Below, piece after piece: positions 60,979 to 64,000 of a DNA stretch of 64,000 nt; the first letter of the stretch is position 1; every line of letters begins with the position of its first letter. The stretch is taken from NCBI GenBank assembly GCA_035653115.1, contig DASRCL010000005.1, forward strand, positions 32,376 to 96,375, read 5' to 3'. The notes under the pieces were generated by a model. The model was not told the origin of the DNA and searched no databases. It saw only the letters and a program-made list of their open reading frames with translations. The position numbers and the translations under genes were made by a program. The stretch comes from Gaiellaceae bacterium (lineage in GTDB: Bacteria; Actinomycetota; Thermoleophilia; Gaiellales; Gaiellaceae).

Positions 60979-61917
60979 TCACCAGATCTCGGCGAACAGC
61001 CGCTCGATCTCCTCGGGGGTCGCCTCCACCGGGTTGTTCCGGTTCCCTCCGCGCTGCGCCGTCGCCTCCGCGATGCGCGGCAGGTCGTCGCGCGGAACGC
61101 CGTGGTCGCGCAGGCGGCCGAAGCCGCCGGGGCGGGCGAGCTCGCGTGCGCGCTCGGCCGGCTCGCCGCCGACCGCCTCGGCGAACGCGGCCGGAACGTA
61201 GTCGCGGTTGAACTCGAGCGCGGGCGGCAGGCAGAGCGCGTTCATCACGCCGTGCGGCAGGCCGTAGAGGCCGCCGACCGCCTGCGCCATCGCGTGCGCG
61301 AGCCCGAGGCCGGCGAGCGCGAGCGCGCGTCCGGCGTGGGCCGCGCCGTGCAGCAGCTCGTCGCGTGCGCTCCAATCTGAGCCGTCGGCGGCGACGCGCG
61401 GCAGCGCGGCCGCGAGCGCGGCCGCGCCCGCGAGCGCCGCCGCGTCGCCCTCGTCGCTGCGGCCCTTGACGTACGTCGCCTCGGCGCAGTGGGCGAGCGC
61501 GTTGATCGCCGTCCCGACGGACTCGGCGCGTGGCAGGTCGAGGGTGAGCTCGACGTCGTAGACGATCGCGACGGGCCGCGCGCCGCCGCCGCCGCCCTGC
61601 ATGCGCCGGTCGGGCGAGCGGATGCCGAAGGTCGCCGTCCACTCGCTGCCGCTGTAGGTCGTCGGCACGCTGACGAGCGGCAGCCCGGCGCGCGCGGACG
61701 CGAGCTTGGCCGTGTCGATCGCCGAGCCGCCGCCGATCGCGAGGATGCCGTCCGCATCCGGCGCCGCCTCGACGCGATGCGACGGCACCTCGCTCCACCA
61801 CGCCACGTGCGGCACGTCGAGGTGCGTCCACCGCTCGCTCGCGACGACGAACGGCCGCTCGACGCCGACGTCGCCGAGCGTGTCGTTCAGCTCGCGCAGG
61901 CCCCAGCGGACGATCAC
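60979..61917 (-). CDS. iron-containing alcohol dehydrogenase family (maleylacetate-reductase-like)
   Basis: GTG 61917 forms a GTGA overlap with the lysR stop. Contains ILAIGGGSAIDTAK and metal-site His residues in LAHCAE / LAHAMAQAVGGLYGLPHG. Confidence 0.82.
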   Translation of the reverse strand: MIVRWGLRELNDTLGDVGVERPFVVASERWTHLDVPHVAWWSEVPSHRVEAAPDADGILAIGGGSAIDTAKLASARAGLPLVSVPTTYSGSEWTATFGIRSPDRRMQGGGGGARPVAIVYDVELTLDLPRAESVGTAINALAHCAEATYVKGRSDEGDAAALAGAAALAAALPRVAADGSDWSARDELLHGAAHAGRALALAGLGLAHAMAQAVGGLYGLPHGVMNALCLPPALEFNRDYVPAAFAEAVGGEPAERARELARPGGFGRLRDHGVPRDDLPRIAEATAQRGGNRNNPVEATPEEIERLFAEIW

Positions 61918-62807
61918 CGCAGGCGCTCCGCGGCGAACTCGAGGAACGCGCGCGCCGCCCGCGTCTCCGACCGTCCCGCGGCGCGCACGAGGAGGATCTC
62001 GCGCTCCAGCCGCAGCCCCTCGACGCGCGCCTCCGCGAGCGTTCCCGCGGCCAGGTCGTTCTCGACGACGCGGCGCGAGATGAACGTGCTCCCGTAGCCG
62101 GCGCGCACCGCGCTCAGCACCGACTCCTGCAGCCCGAGCTCGATCCTCACGTCGAGGTCGCGCAGCCGCAGGCCGGCGCGGTGCAGCTCGTCGTCGATCA
62201 TCCGCCGGACGCCCGCGCCCTCCTGCATCACGAGCAGCTTCGCGCCCTTCAGCTCGTCGAGCGTGATCGTCCGCCGCGCCAGCTCGTCGTCCGGCGGCAC
62301 GACGAGCACGACCTCGTCGTGCAGGAACGGCTCGTACTCGACGCCGCGGTGCCGCGGGGCGGCGCCGACGACGCCGAGCTCGAGCGAGCGGTCGGCGACA
62401 CGCTCGACGACGCGCTGCGTGTCGTGGACGTTCAGGGTGACGTGGAGCCGCGGATGGCGCTCGGCGAACTCGCACAGCAGGCTCGCGAGCACGACGCTGC
62501 CGGGCCCCGTCGACGCGCCGATCGCGAAGCCGCCCGTCAGCTCACCCGTCGCCTCCTCGGCGAGCTCGTTCACGAGCTCCTCCTCCAGCTGCAGCAGCCG
62601 CTGCGCGCCGCGGTACAGGCGGAGGCCCGCCTCGGTCGGCTCGACGCGGCGGCCGGAGCGATCGAAGAGCTGCGTCCCGAGCCGCTTCTCGAGCGAGCGC
62701 ACCTGCAGCGACACGGCGGGCTGCGTCACGCCGAGCCGCTCGGCCGCCTGCGAGAACGACTTGCGCTCGACGACGGCGCAGAACGCGCGCAGCTGGCGGG
62801 TATCCAT
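61914..62807 (-). CDS. LysR family transcriptional regulator
   Basis: Sequence begins MDTRQLRAFCAVVERKSFSQAAERLGVTQPAVSLQVRSLEKRLG (wHTH), followed by a LysR substrate-binding domain. Confidence 0.93.
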   Translation of the reverse strand: MDTRQLRAFCAVVERKSFSQAAERLGVTQPAVSLQVRSLEKRLGTQLFDRSGRRVEPTEAGLRLYRGAQRLLQLEEELVNELAEEATGELTGGFAIGASTGPGSVVLASLLCEFAERHPRLHVTLNVHDTQRVVERVADRSLELGVVGAAPRHRGVEYEPFLHDEVVLVVPPDDELARRTITLDELKGAKLLVMQEGAGVRRMIDDELHRAGLRLRDLDVRIELGLQESVLSAVRAGYGSTFISRRVVENDLAAGTLAEARVEGLRLEREILLVRAAGRSETRAARAFLEFAAERLR

Positions 62808-62836
62808 AAGCGAACCTTATCCGGGCGATGGCGAGG

Positions 62837-63208
62837 TCAGCGGCCGGCCGCCTGGAACTCGAGCCGGTTGCCGAACGGGTCGCGGGCGTAGAACCGGCGC
62901 ACGCCGGGGAGCTCGTCGTCCCACTCGACGTCCCCGAGCCGCGCCGCGAGCGCGTCGAGCTCGTCCACCACGAACGCCGGATGCGCCTTGCGCGCCGGCG
63001 CGAACCGCGTCTCGACGCCGACGTGCAGCTGCTGCTCGCCGGTGCGGAACCAGCAGCCGCCGCGGGCGGCGAGCGCCGCCGGCTTCGGCAGCTCCTCGAG
63101 CCCGAGCAGTCCGCCGTAGAACGCGCGCGCCTGCTCCTCGCAGCCCGCCGGCGCCGCGACCTGCACGTGGTCGATGCCGAGGATCCGCACGGAGGGAGGG
63201 TCTACCAT
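62837..63208 (-). CDS. VOC/glyoxalase family protein
   Basis: ATG 63208. 123 aa with ILGIDHVQVAAPAGCEEQARAFYGGLLGL and FYARDPFGNRLEF. Confidence 0.82.
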   Translation of the reverse strand: MVDPPSVRILGIDHVQVAAPAGCEEQARAFYGGLLGLEELPKPAALAARGGCWFRTGEQQLHVGVETRFAPARKAHPAFVVDELDALAARLGDVEWDDELPGVRRFYARDPFGNRLEFQAAGR

Positions 63209-63214
63209 CGCGCC

Positions 63215-63886
63215 GTGACCGCTGCGCCGCCGCGCCTCGAGGACACGCTGATCAGCGGGTACTCGCGGCTCGCAGCAGAGGCGCCGAAGCGGCGGATCGA
63301 CGCCGAGCTGCGCGCGCTCGACGTCGCATTCGCGCTGCTCTTCGGGATCTTGGCGCTGCCGGTCGCGCTCCTCATCGCGTTCGTCGTGCTCGTCACCAGC
63401 GGCCGGCCGGTGCTGTACCGCGGCGAGCGCGTCGGCCGCCGCGGTCACTTCTTCACGATGCTCAAGTTCCGGACGATGCGCCCCGGCGCGGAGGCGCGCA
63501 TCGGGCAGTACCTCGGCGAGCAGCTCGTGCAGGCGACGGAGCAGGAGCTGACGCGCGTCGGCCGCTGGCTGAAGCGGTCGCAGCTCGACGAGATCCCGCA
63601 GCTGTGGAACGTGCTGCGCGGCGACATGTCGTTCGTCGGACCGCGGCCGATCCGGCCGCGCTTCTTCGCCGAGCTGGCGCACGAGCTGCCCGCGTACTGG
63701 CAGCGGCTCGTGGTCCCGCCGGGGCTGACGGGGCTCGCGCAGGTGCGGCGCGGCTACGAGACGTCGATGGCGGAGAAGCTCGCGCACGACCTCGAGTGGA
63801 TCGCCGACCGCTCCGTGCGGCTGTACCTGCGCACGGTGCTGGTGACGGCGCTGCGCGTGCTCGCGCAGACGTTCGGCCGCGGATAG
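63215..63886 (+). CDS. small (monotopic) phosphoglycosyl transferase, bacterial sugar transferase family
   Basis: GTG 63215. One N-terminal reentrant helix (ALLFGILALPVALLIAFVVLV). Contains RPVLYRGERVGRRGHFFTMLKFRTM and the signature DEIPQLWNVLRGDMSFVGPRP. Confidence 0.88.
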   Translation: MTAAPPRLEDTLISGYSRLAAEAPKRRIDAELRALDVAFALLFGILALPVALLIAFVVLVTSGRPVLYRGERVGRRGHFFTMLKFRTMRPGAEARIGQYLGEQLVQATEQELTRVGRWLKRSQLDEIPQLWNVLRGDMSFVGPRPIRPRFFAELAHELPAYWQRLVVPPGLTGLAQVRRGYETSMAEKLAHDLEWIADRSVRLYLRTVLVTALRVLAQTFGRG

Positions 63887-63904
63887 CGTCACTACGATTG
63901 CCGC

Positions 63905-64000
63905 ATGTGCGGGATCTGCGGCATCGCCTCGGCTCGCGATCCCGTCGACCCGACACGGCTCGCGGCGATGGCGCAGACGCTGCGCCACCGCGGCCCCGAC
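63905..64000 (+). CDS. asnB: asparagine synthase (glutamine-hydrolysing) family, N-terminal fragment (runs off the window end)
   Basis: ATG 63905 gives MCGICGIASARDPVDPTRLAAMAQTLRHRGPD, the same Cys2 amidotransferase N-terminus as 231..2168. Confidence 0.75.
   Translation, partial: MCGICGIASARDPVDPTRLAAMAQTLRHRGPD

Overview
High-GC segment, probably Actinomycetota (spot counts of about 80-87% G+C around 15-20 kb). About 65 genes are packed tightly, many with 4-nt start/stop overlaps. No rRNA, tRNA, CRISPR array, transposase or phage gene was seen.

(1) Positions 0-40 kb, and again from 62.8 kb to the window end, form a very large multi-operon cell-envelope glycan locus. It contains:
- many GT4/GT2 glycosyltransferases;
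- SDR epimerase/dehydratases, including RfbB and a CapD-like enzyme;
- two DegT-type aminotransferases;
- both a Wzm/Wzt ABC exporter and Wzx / O-antigen-ligase-like membrane proteins;
- a heparinase II/III-like protein, an ArnC-like polyprenyl-phosphate GT and a small phosphoglycosyl transferase;
- asparagine-synthase-type amidotransferases at both window edges;
- four ATP-grasp ligase paralogues, a coiled-coil SAM methyltransferase and a deacetylase-like protein.
The sub-block at 2.2-13 kb has visibly lower G+C than the rest of the window.

(2) A TetR plus DHA2-MFS efflux pair is inserted in the glycan locus. A perfect 26-nt palindrome lies between the two genes.

(3) Positions 40-48 kb hold miscellaneous genes:
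- a TAT-secreted beta-propeller;
- HelD-like helicase;
- a GH31 glycosidase broken by two frameshifts;
- VOC dioxygenase-like proteins;
- an orphan receiver domain.

(4) Positions 48.0-58.6 kb form one same-strand array. It starts with a truncated fumarate-reductase-like flavoprotein, a two-subunit Fe-S (class-I fumarase-type) hydro-lyase and phosphosulfolactate synthase ComA. These are followed by CysH, CysD, CysN and a TauE/SafE exporter. The array ends with an Ig-like protein, a second O-antigen-ligase-like protein, a PIG-L deacetylase and a zincin. I consider this sulfite-to-C3-sulfonate module the best candidate for an undescribed system.

(5) An MMPL transporter, a LysR plus Fe-ADH pair and a VOC protein follow.

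Non-coding oddities:
- A palindrome-flanked repeat element occurs twice. One copy is an in-frame 177-nt insertion inside an ATP-grasp gene. The other duplicates a stop/start junction.
- A pair of 27-nt direct repeats, each built from tandem GGGTCTGACCC units, lies upstream of helD.

All functional calls rest on motif recognition in the supplied translations. No database search was run.
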